From Octopus sinensis (taxonomy: Eukaryota), in the NCBI RefSeq assembly GCF_006345805.1, contig NW_021826131.1, forward strand, positions 1 to 13,319: a stretch of 13,319 bases of DNA, in the 5' to 3' direction. The stretch's first letter is position 1, and the number at the start of each line of letters is the position of its first letter. Made by a program: the position numbers and the translations under genes. The notes under the pieces are model-generated. The model was not told the DNA's origin, did not search any database, and saw only the letters and a program-made list of their open reading frames with translations. This document shows positions 1 through 7,914 of this stretch, piece by piece.

Positions 1-113
1 TTATATCGACCCCAGTGCTTAACTGGTACTTAATTTATCGACCCGCAAAGGATGAAAGGCAAAGTCGACCACGGCTGAATTTCAACTCAGAACGTAAAGA
101 CAGATGAAATACC
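1..113 (-). mobile_element. Head-less tandem duplicate of SINE family A body (runs off window)
   Basis: 1-113 is a near copy of 185-298 (period ~185 bp) and lacks the A-box head. Confidence 0.8.
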
Positions 114-345
114 TATTTCTTTATTACCCACAAGGGGCTAAACACAGAGGGGACAAACACGGACAGACATAGGTATTAAGTCGATTATATCGACCCCCAG
201 TGCTTAACTGGTACTTAATTTATCGACCCCGAAAGGATGAAAGGCAAAGTCGACCTCGGCGGAATTTGAACTCAGAACGTAAAGACAGATGAAATACCGC
301 TGAGCATTTCGCCCAGTGTGCTAACGATTCTGCCAGCTCGCCACC
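112..345 (-). mobile_element. tRNA-derived SINE, family A (near full length)
   Basis: Minus strand starts GGTGGCGAGCTGGCAGAATCGTTAGC. A-box-like TGGCAGAATCG at 335-325, B-box-like GTTCAAATTCC at 271-261, then the body CCGAGGTCGACTTTGCCTTTCATCCTTTCGGGGTCGATAAATTAAGTACCAG shared with copies at 5456, 5656, 5885 and 12967. Confidence 0.85.
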
Positions 346-766
346 TTTCTCATACATTCTTGCAGCCTCCACTCACCCACTCTCATGGCTTCTCGATTCC
401 CACTCACCTTTGTTCAACCCATACCTTGAAGGTCCACCCTGACACCTCATCACCACTATTTTTACCACTTTCTAGCACCACCCCAGCCACTTCTAACTTC
501 TTTTCTAAAATATGAGTTGCCATGTAACTCCTCTGGAGCAATAAACTACTTCTGCCCTAATCCGATTTGCTGAATCGATTTACGTACGTGACCTAAGTAT
601 GTTTGATCAAGTCTATCTCGTTCCTAAACAATAACTACAACAAAAACCACAGCTGCAGTAGAAGCAAACGTAGCTGTTTCTTTTTAGGATAAAATTTCCT
701 TCTAATACTTGCATAAATTGAATTGAAGGATATTAGCTAATTCCTTCCGTCTACTAATGTGACTGT

Positions 767-832
767 GGAGGCGCAATGGCTCAGTAGTTAGGGCAGCAGA
801 CTCGCAGTCGTTTACTTCACGAGCAGGCTGTT
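767..832 (+). mobile_element. Short remnant of tRNA-derived SINE family B
   Basis: GGAGGCGCAATGGCTCAGTAGTTAGGGCAGCAGACTCGCAGTCG matches the head of the copy at 4622 (GGAGGCACATGGCCTAGTGGTTAGAGTAGCGGACACGCGGTCG). Similarity stops at ~807, before the B box. Confidence 0.6.
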
Positions 833-854
833 CCATTAATGAAGTCTCGTTCTT

Positions 855-1087
855 TATGTGTATATATATATATTATATATATATATATATTATATATATA
901 TATGTATGTATATATATATGTATGTATGTATATATATATATCTATATAGCGTATGTATATATATGTATGTATGTATGATATATATAATATATTATATATA
1001 GTATATATATATAGATATATATATATGTATTATATATATATATATATTATATATATATATATATGTATGTTATATAATATATATATC

Positions 1088-1120
<33 letters not shown>

Positions 1121-1330
1121 ATATATATATATGTTGTATGTATTATATATGTATGTATGTATATAATATGTATGTATGTATATATATATATGTATGTATG
1201 TATATATATATATGTATGTATGTATATATATATTGTATGTAGTGTATATAGATATATATATGTATGTATATAAATATATAATATATGTATGTATAGATAT
1301 ATCTAATATGTATGTATATATATATATATT

Positions 1331-1365
<35 letters not shown>

Positions 1366-1494
1366 GTATGTATATATATATATATATATATGTATGTATA
1401 TCATATATATATATGTATGTATTATATATATATATATATATGTATGTATATATATATATATAATATGTAAATGTATATATATATATTATGTATG

Positions 1495-1525
<31 letters not shown>

Positions 1526-1727
1526 ATATATATATATATGTATGTATATATATATATATATGTATGTATTATATATATATATGTATGTATATATATATAT
1601 GTATGGAATATATATATATATCTGTATGTATATATATATATATGTTTGATATATATATATATATATGTATGTATATATATATATATGTATGTATATATAT
1701 TTATTTATATATTATGTATGTATATAT
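855..1727. repeat. Large (TA)n/(TATG)n microsatellite
   Basis: About 870 bp of almost pure TA with interspersed TATG units; source of the four YI/MYV ORFs. Confidence 0.97.
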
Positions 1728-1951
1728 GCTAAGATAAATATTTCAATTACCTGAAGATTGACTGTAACCATAACTCGAATTATTACGAATTGGACAGCCA
1801 TGAAACGATCGTAGTGTTTTACTCATTATCTTTTATTAAACTTTTAATAATTTTGATATATATTTAAAATAATATAAATTAATTAATTTTATGTATTGGC
1901 TTAAGTTTTTCATTGTTTGATTTGCCTAATAGTGGTTTTATCTCTAATTTA

Positions 1952-1967
1952 ATATATATATATATAT

Positions 1968-2017
<50 letters not shown>

Positions 2018-2040
2018 CATACACAAACACACACACATAT
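1952..2040. repeat. Compound (TA)n-(TG)n-(CA)n microsatellite
   Basis: Directly visible. Confidence 0.9.
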
Positions 2041-2781
2041 TCTAATATAGTATTTTCATCTAAAATGAAGACGAGTACCAACACTTCCGCGTGACACGCT
2101 TGAGCAATTGTGAAGATCACTTTATGTGAAACCATTGGTTACCTTGTTAACCCAAACATGAATGTGTGTGCGTGCGTGTGTGTGTATGCATGCATATAAG
2201 TATATACATATATGCGCAAACACACACACATACACAAACACACAGGCACGAGCGCTAGTGAACCACGTACCATTACATAATGAAGATATTTTTAAAGAAA
2301 CGAGCTGAAACTGGTATTTAAAAAATGTATCCAAATAACATACATTCCATGTATTTGACATAAACTTATACAATAAGATTCATTAATTTCTTTATTGAAA
2401 ATACTTTAAAAAACTGAATCCAAAGAGAATAAAATGTGATAGAAAGTTATATATAAATTCGTTTGATATTTTTATGAGGTTAAAACAATAGGAACTTCTT
2501 TAGCTAATTGTTGAAAATTTCTCTATTATTATATTTGTTAAGTCTACACGGTCAAAAGAACAATGTTTCACACATATATTAATAGTTATTCATACTTGTG
2601 ACTTAAACCAAGGAACGCAGAAAAAAAAACTGCGTGGTTCACTGCTCGTATGAACTTTGGTTCATATGTGAAGAATGGTACCGCCAAGAAAATCTCTGGT
2701 AAATTTTCGTCCTTAAAATGAACTGATGTTGTAGCCCTCTTCGTTAGTTTCTTCCACTGAACTGCAAGATAGCGAATTATA

Positions 2782-2897
2782 CTCTTTTACTTGTTTCAGT
2801 CATTTGACTGCGGCCATGCTGGAGCACCGCCTTTAGTCAAGGAAATCGACCCCAGGACTTATTCTTTGTAAGCCTAGTACTTATTCTATCGGTCTCT
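2782..2897 (-). mobile_element. 3' fragment of SINE family C
   Basis: Near identical to 2948-3068 and 7659-7770 (CAGTCATTTGACTG-GGCCATGCTGGAGCACCGCCTTT...CGACCCCAGGACTTATTCTTTGTAAGCC). Truncated against a (TA)n tract at ~2902-2942. Confidence 0.85.
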
Positions 2898-2944
2898 GTG
2901 CATATATATATATATATATAGTATATATATATATATATATATGT

Positions 2945-3347
2945 TCTTTTACTCTTACACTTGTATCAGTCATTTGACTGTGGCCATGCTGGAGCACCGC
3001 CTTTCAGTCGAGCAAATCGACCCCAGGACTTATTCTTTGTAAGCCTAGTACTTATTCTATCGGTCTCTTTTGCCGAACCGCTAAGTTACGGGGACATAAA
3101 CACACCAGCATCGGTTGTCAAGCGACGTTGGGGGGACAAACACAGACACACGCACAGACACAGACACACACACATATATATAGATATATACGACGCAGAC
3201 ACACACACACATATATAGATATATACGACGGGCTTCTTTCAGTTTCCGTCTACCAAATCCACTCACAAGGCTTTGGTCGGACCGAGGCTATAGTAGAAGA
3301 CACTTGCCCAAGGTGCCACGCAGTGGGACTGAACCCGGGACCATGTG
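2945..3347 (-). mobile_element. tRNA-derived CORE-like SINE, family C (5' truncated, internal microsatellite)
   Basis: Minus strand has B-box-like GGTTCAGTCCC (3335-3325), then CCTTGGGCAAGTGTCTT (3313-3297), which resembles the CORE-domain motif CCTTGGGCAAGTCACTT. Internal (TA)/(TG) tract at ~3140-3225 and an AAGAGTAAAAGAA-type tail at ~2945-2957. No A box before the truncation. Confidence 0.8.
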
Positions 3348-3778
3348 AACAATAAATATAAATCGATAATTTAGCAGGATAGAAAAGTACTACGCGCAAA
3401 CACACACACACACACAAAGTACAACAGAATCTGAGGAAAGAGTACAGAGTAATTGCCATGGAGATTAGATTATCCAAGCTTTCGAACAGCGGCTTTCTTC
3501 TGAGTAAAGTTGACAGGAAGGAAATGGAAAGAAGACAACAGTGATTACCTTCCCTGTGTTTCAAAAATTAGCCATAACTAATGAGAAACGCAAGACATGT
3601 GACAGCCAGTGTTTAAAATATAGAGATTGGACAACCCAACCTGTCTTTCTTTTGTTTCCTTCCTTTCAACTTTACCTTGAAGAAGAATTTTATCCGAAAC
3701 GTTAGATACTCCATTTACCACAGCAATTATACTGTATACTATCTGTCGCTTTCTCGATCTTTCTTGTTCCATCTCTTT

Positions 3779-3779
<1 letters not shown>

Positions 3780-3818
<39 letters not shown>
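3780..3818. repeat. (TG)n microsatellite
   Basis: Directly visible. Confidence 0.95.
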
Positions 3819-3819
<1 letters not shown>

Positions 3820-4013
3820 CTTAATTTATTTCACTGCGAGAGAGAAATGAATCCATAACGAAAAAAAAAAAATATTAATTCTTTCAATATTTGAACGTTC
3901 AAGATATGTGTATGCATGTTTATATACGTGTGTACATGTACTTTTTTATATGTGCATGTGCCAAAATTTATATGAACTAATATGTGTGTTTGTGTGTATG
4001 TATGTGTATGTGC

Positions 4014-4015
<2 letters not shown>

Positions 4016-4048
<33 letters not shown>
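4016..4048. repeat. (GA)n microsatellite
   Basis: Directly visible. Confidence 0.95.
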
Positions 4049-4054
<6 letters not shown>

Positions 4055-4248
4055 TGAGTGAGTGAGTGAAGGAGGGAGTGAGTTAGTGAGCGTGTTTGTG
4101 TGTATGCATTTGATTGAGAATTAACTTCTGACTTGACATTTGGCCGACAAATTTCAACCGGAGATGATTTTTGCTGCGCAAATCTCGAAGACACGAGAAC
4201 TGAAGTGCAGCTTCCTCAAATGCTATAGTCATAAACACCTATGACGTA

Positions 4249-4279
<31 letters not shown>

Positions 4280-4312
4280 CATGTATGTATATATACAAGG
4301 AATGTTTGTCTG

Positions 4313-4513
4313 TTCCGTATGAAGAACTGACGTTACTACCATATTTTCAACCCCAAGAGGACGTCTCCTCTAGATGGCTATCGATGCAATCTGCACTCGA
4401 TACATATATAGGATGCAGACTGCATATATATCGGGTGCAGATTGCATCGATAACCAGTAAGAAGAGGCGCCCTCTTGGGGTTAGAAATAGTAGTAACGTC
4501 AGTTCGTACGGAA
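4313..4513. mobile_element. ~200-bp foldback palindrome (MITE-like)
   Basis: 4313-4418 is the imperfect reverse complement of 4420-4513, centred on A4419. Perfect blocks include GAACTGACGTTACTAC (16 bp), AACCCCAAGAGG (12 bp) and TATCGATGCAATCTGCAC (18 bp). No clear TSD. Confidence 0.7.
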
Positions 4514-4621
4514 GAACCGTGTTGAAGTGGGCGATAAACATTACTTCTCAGTATTGACGTATACTTTCAAATCGTATAGAGATTTTCTGATATATATGTG
4601 TATGTATGTGTGTGTGTGTGT

Positions 4622-4932
4622 GGAGGCACATGGCCTAGTGGTTAGAGTAGCGGACACGCGGTCGTGGGATCGCGGGTTTGAATCTCAGACCGGGCGATGT
4701 GTGTGTTTATGAGCGAAAACACCTAAGCCCCACGCGGCTCTGGCAGAAGGTAATGGCGAAACTTCTGCTGACTCTTTCGCCACAACTTTCTCTCACTCGT
4801 TCCTCCTGCTTCTTGCAGCTCACCTGCGACGGGCCGGCGTCCCGTCCAGGTGGGGAACCTATACGCCAATGAAACCGGGAAACCGGCGCTTATGAGCCAG
4901 GCATGGCTCGAGAAGGAACTCACAAAAAACAA
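4622..4932 (+). mobile_element. tRNA-derived SINE family B (apparently full length)
   Basis: A box TGGCCTAGTGG at 4631-4641, B-box-like GGTTTGAATCT at 4675-4685, ~250-bp unrelated body and A-rich tail (CACAAAAAACAA). Inserted right after a (TG)n tract. Confidence 0.85.
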
Positions 4933-4994
4933 CCTATAGTAGAAAGGATTATTATTATTATTATTATTATATTATTATTATTATTATTATTATT
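4933..4994 (+). mobile_element. Isolated 3' tail of SINE family A plus (ATT)n
   Basis: CCTATAGTAGAAAGGATTATT matches the tail of the family A copy at ~6076-6095 (CATATAGTAGAAAAGGTTATT), followed by ~15 ATT units. Confidence 0.55.
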
Positions 4995-5213
4995 CAGTAG
5001 TTTTATTTTTTATAGCGTGCTTTCACTTCACTACTGAGTGCAGCTCTGTGTGCCTTGGGTATGTGCTGTGATTTGTTGTGATGCTCTGGTGGTTATTGTA
5101 TGGAAAGTGTTCTGCGTAGGATGTGTGCAGTGCCTAGTAGTGCAATTTTCTGTATGTTATATGTGTTTGTAAGTCCTGGTGTTTTTGTTATGTATTTGTC
5201 TGAATATTTTTTA
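4995..5213 (-). mobile_element. 5'-truncated RLE-type non-LTR retrotransposon (R4/Dong-like), ORF C-terminus plus 3' UTR
   Basis: Minus strand 5209-5093 translates KYSDKYITKTPGLTNTYNIQKIALLGTAHILRRTLSIQ*. The QKxxLLGTAxILRRxL motif is typical of the C-terminal end of R4/Dong/Rex6 restriction-like endonuclease domains. A ~100-bp 3' UTR ends in GAATAATAAT, and (TAA)n lies on both sides. Confidence 0.75.
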
Positions 5214-5217
5214 TTTA

Positions 5218-5250
<33 letters not shown>

Positions 5251-5455
5251 GTGTAGTGAACAGGCAAACTTATTACATTGTGGTGTTTGTTTTAGCTCTC
5301 TGCATTCGGACTTCAAATGCCACTACGGTTAGCTTTGTCTTTCATCTTTCTGACCTTGATAAAATAATCTACTCGTCAAGCAGTGTTGTGATAAAACCAA
5401 GCCCTTCCTTAAATTCCTAACCGTGCGTCTATGTCGCAGGTAATTATTATTAATA

Positions 5456-5652
5456 GGTGGCGAGCTATTTCAATTGTTGGCGCGTCGAACAAATTGCTTG
5501 GTGGCGCGCTTTACGTTCTGAGTTGAAATCCTTTTCGTCCGTTCGGGGTCGATAAGTTAACTACCAATTGAAAACTGGATTCTATGTAATCGACTTACCC
5601 AATTCCCCTGAAAATGCTGATCTTGTTCCAAAATTTGAAATCATTATTAGTA
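5456..5652 (+). mobile_element. Diverged SINE family A copy
   Basis: GGTGGCGAGCT head, TTTACGTTCTGAGTT, TTCGGGGTCGATAA body with an internal deletion, tail CCAAAATTTGAAATCATTATT. Confidence 0.75.
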
Positions 5653-5655
5653 TTA

Positions 5656-5880
5656 GGCATTGAGCTAGTTCAATCGTCAGTGCGTCGAACAAACTGCTTA
5701 GCTGCTTTTCCTCCGGCGCTTTACGTACACAGTTTAAATTTCGCCGAGATAAACTTTACCTGCCACCCTTTCGAGGTCGATAAATTAAGTACCAGTGTAA
5801 TACTGAGGTCAATTAATCAACTTTATCTCTTCTCTCGAAATTACTGGCCTTGTCCCAAAATTTGAAACCACTATTATTAT
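5656..5880 (+). mobile_element. Diverged SINE family A copy
   Basis: Degenerate head (GAGCTAGTTCAATCGTCAG), CGAGGTCGATAAATTAAGTACCAG body, tail GGCCTTGTCCCAAAATTTGAAACCACTATTATT. Confidence 0.75.
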
Positions 5881-5884
5881 ATAT

Positions 5885-6095
5885 GGCGAGGTGGTACAAT
5901 CGTTAGCGCGTCGATTAAAAGTTAGCGGCATTTCTTCCGGCGTACAAAGTTCAAATTCCACCGAGGTGAACTTTGCCCTTCATCCTTTCGCGGTCAATAA
6001 ATTAAGTACCAGTTGAAAACTGGGATCGATATAATCGACTATATCCTTGCCTTAAAAAATTTCAGGCCTTGTGCATATAGTAGAAAAGGTTATTA
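5885..6095 (+). mobile_element. Diverged SINE family A copy
   Basis: GGCGAGGTGGTACAATCGTTAGC head, GTTCAAATTCC B box, CTTTGCCCTTCATCCTTTCGCGGTCAATAAATTAAGTACCAG body, tail GGCCTTGTGCATATAGTAGAAAAGGTTATT. Confidence 0.8.
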
Positions 6096-6206
6096 AAAAG
6101 TCGAACAAAATGTCTTGGGCATTTGTTCTGGATTATTCCGTACTTCATTTACATTATTTACATTATTCACATTCGACGGATATTTGTCCTCATCTTGTTT
6201 GTTGTT

Positions 6207-6252
6207 AACACAACGTTTCGGCTGATACACCCTCCAGCCTTCTTCAGGTGTC
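6207..6252 (-). ncRNA. Minimal type-I hammerhead ribozyme motif (inverted copy)
   Basis: GACAC-CUGAAGA-A-GGCUG(gagggugtau)CAGCC-GAAACGUU-GUGUU. Stem I is GACAC/GUGUU, stem II is 5 bp, stem III is the palindromic ACGU. Confidence 0.7.
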
Positions 6253-6287
6253 TTAGGAATGAGAACCCAGGTTTGAAATTTCCCCAA

Positions 6288-6333
6288 AACACCTGAAGAA
6301 GGCTGGAGGGTATATCAGCCGAAACGTTGTGTT
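6288..6333 (+). ncRNA. Minimal type-I hammerhead ribozyme motif, unit 1
   Basis: Stem I AACAC (6288-92)/GUGUU (6329-33), CUGAAGA 6293-99, stem II GGCUG/CAGCC 6301-20, GAAACGUU 6321-28. Predicted cleavage after 6328. Confidence 0.75.
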
Positions 6334-6518
6334 AACAACAAACAAGACGAGAACCAATATCCATCGGATGTGAATAATGAAAATAATTCCTCATCCGTCA
6401 AATGTAAATAATATCTAATCGGTACAGAGCCGACATTTGACTTCAATGGATACATATAGAGAAACTCCATCAAAAACTAATACCTTAGGAATGAGAACCC
6501 AGGTTTGAAATTTCCTCA

Positions 6519-6562
6519 GACACCTGAAGAAGGCTGGAGGGTATATCAGCCGAACGTTGTGT
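6519..6562 (+). ncRNA. Hammerhead motif, unit 2 (core defective: GAAC instead of GAAAC)
   Basis: CUGAAGA 6524-30 and stem II are intact, but 6552-58 reads GAACGUU, one A short of the conserved GAAA. Confidence 0.55.
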
Positions 6563-6754
6563 AACAAACCAAGAGAGACAAATATCCGTCGAATGTCAAT
6601 AAAGTAAATAATGTAAATAGTGTACATAATTCCTCATCTCTTAAATATAGAACTGTATTATCTAATTGATACGGAGCCGAAATTAGACTTCAATGGAGAC
6701 ATAAAGAGAAACTAATGCCTTAGGAATGAGAACCCAGGTTCGAAATTTCCCCAA

Positions 6755-6800
6755 GACACCTGAAGAAGGCTGGAGGGTATATCAGCCGAAACGTTGTGTT
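6755..6800 (+). ncRNA. Minimal type-I hammerhead ribozyme motif, unit 3
   Basis: GACAC 6755-59, CUGAAGA 6760-66, GGCUG/CAGCC 6768-87, GAAACGUU 6788-95, GUGUU 6796-6800. Predicted cleavage after 6795. Confidence 0.75.
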
Positions 6801-6990
6801 AACAACAAACAAGATGAGGACAAATATCCGTCGAATGTCAATAATGTAAATAATTCCTCATATCTTAAATATAGAACTATATTATCTAATCGGTACAGAG
6901 CCGACATTACACTTCAATGGAGAAATATAGAGAAACTCCATCAAAACCTAACGGCTTAGGAATGAGAGCCCAGGTTCGAAATTCCCCAAA

Positions 6991-7036
6991 GACACCTGAA
7001 GAAGGCTGGAGGGTATATCAGCCGAAACGTTGTGTT
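6991..7036 (+). ncRNA. Minimal type-I hammerhead ribozyme motif, unit 4
   Basis: GACAC 6991-95, CUGAAGA 6996-7002, GGCUG/CAGCC 7004-23, GAAACGUU 7024-31, GUGUU 7032-36. Predicted cleavage after 7031. Confidence 0.75.
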
Positions 7037-7377
7037 AACAACAACAAGACGAGAACAAATATCCGTCAAATGTAAATAATGTACATAATTCCTCATCTCC
7101 TAAATATAGAACTGTACTCCGTACTTGATTCAAATTTATGCTGGTTTGATAAAACAATGGTCGTCGATTCCACCAAGTATTTTCCCTCCTCTGTATATTT
7201 ATGATTTAGTATCATTGCTTTCTTCTAGGAATACCGAGGCATTGCAGTCTTCACACTTCTTGCTAATTCTTCTTTGATCTCTGCGAAACCTGTGAAAGAA
7301 CCCATCTCGGCAGACAACACGTGCAATAACCAGGAACACTCAATGAAGTGTGCCGAAGCGTAAAATGCATTCTACAG

Positions 7378-7503
7378 GAACGGCGATTTAATGGTGCAGT
7401 TGATCCTAGACTGAGAATAAACAATGATACTTCGTTGCCTTGTGCGTCTGATAATTCCATTGGCAATGGCATGAACATCACTAAATCACATTCCCAACTT
7501 ACA
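7378..7503 (+). other. Candidate spliced exon of an unidentified host transcript
   Basis: Perfect donor ACA|GTAAGT at 7503/7504. CAG acceptor at 7375-77 gives a 126-nt open phase-0 segment (ERRFNGAVDPRLRINNDTSLPCASDNSIGNGMNITKSHSQLT). Alternative acceptors at 7333 and 7228 (strong pyrimidine tract). No recognisable protein. Confidence 0.3.
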
Positions 7504-7658
7504 GTAAGTGTATTTTATCATTAACCAGTAGTTGCTGATAATGTGTGAGTGTCTGCACGTACGTACGTAAGCACGCACGCACACACACACCACATACATA
7601 CACACACACACGTATCTATGTCTGTCTGTCTGTCTCTCTCACTGCATATATATATGCC

Positions 7659-7860
7659 CTTTTACTTGTTTCAGTCATTTGACTGTGGCCATGTTGGAGC
7701 ATCGCCTTTAGTCGAGCAAATCGACCCCAGGACTTATTCTTTGTAAGCCTTGTACTTAATCTATCGGCCTCTTTTGCCGAACCGCTAAGTTACAGGGATG
7801 TAAACACACCAGTATCGATTGTCAAGCGATGTTGTGGGGACAAACACAGACATACAAACA
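7659..7860 (-). mobile_element. 3' half of SINE family C
   Basis: Near identical to 2948-3150; truncated in the internal CA/TA microsatellite. Confidence 0.85.
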
Positions 7861-7882
7861 TATACACACGAATACATACATA

Positions 7883-7914
<32 letters not shown>

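Larger units (their letters stand above)
6146..7117 (+). mobile_element. Penelope-like element pLTR / retrozyme-like concatemer: inverted partial unit plus ~3.7 tandem ~235-bp units
   Basis: Units start at CTTAGGAATGAG (6252, 6484, 6719, 6955; periods 232, 235, 236). An inverted partial copy lies at 6146-6254. The whole block is flanked by the direct repeat TCCGTACTT (6137-6145 and 7118-7126), and every unit contains a hammerhead core. Confidence 0.8.

Noticed and set aside
318-515. 65-aa ORF
   Set aside because: Starts inside a SINE head on the opposite strand; no recognisable motif.
953-1737. Four ORFs of 88-128 aa (YI/MYV-rich)
   Set aside because: Translations of TA/TATG microsatellite, which lacks stops in these frames.
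2615-2666. Two tiny hairpins (ACGCAG-A9-CTGCGT and ATGAAC-TTTG-GTTCAT)
   Set aside because: 6-bp stems are expected by chance in 13 kb and have no supporting context.
4622-4695. tRNA gene (also heads at 345, 767 and 12967)
   Set aside because: A and B boxes are present, but there is no acceptor-stem closure or T-run terminator, and each continues into a repeated SINE body.
5296-5439. Possible 144-nt exon (TTTTAG acceptor, CAG|GTAATT donor)
   Set aside because: All three frames contain stops and there is no other support.
6093-6959. Short ORFs containing PKTPEEGWRVYQPKRC
   Set aside because: They recur only because the repeat unit recurs, and frames are broken between units. Conservation is better explained by the hammerhead RNA structure.
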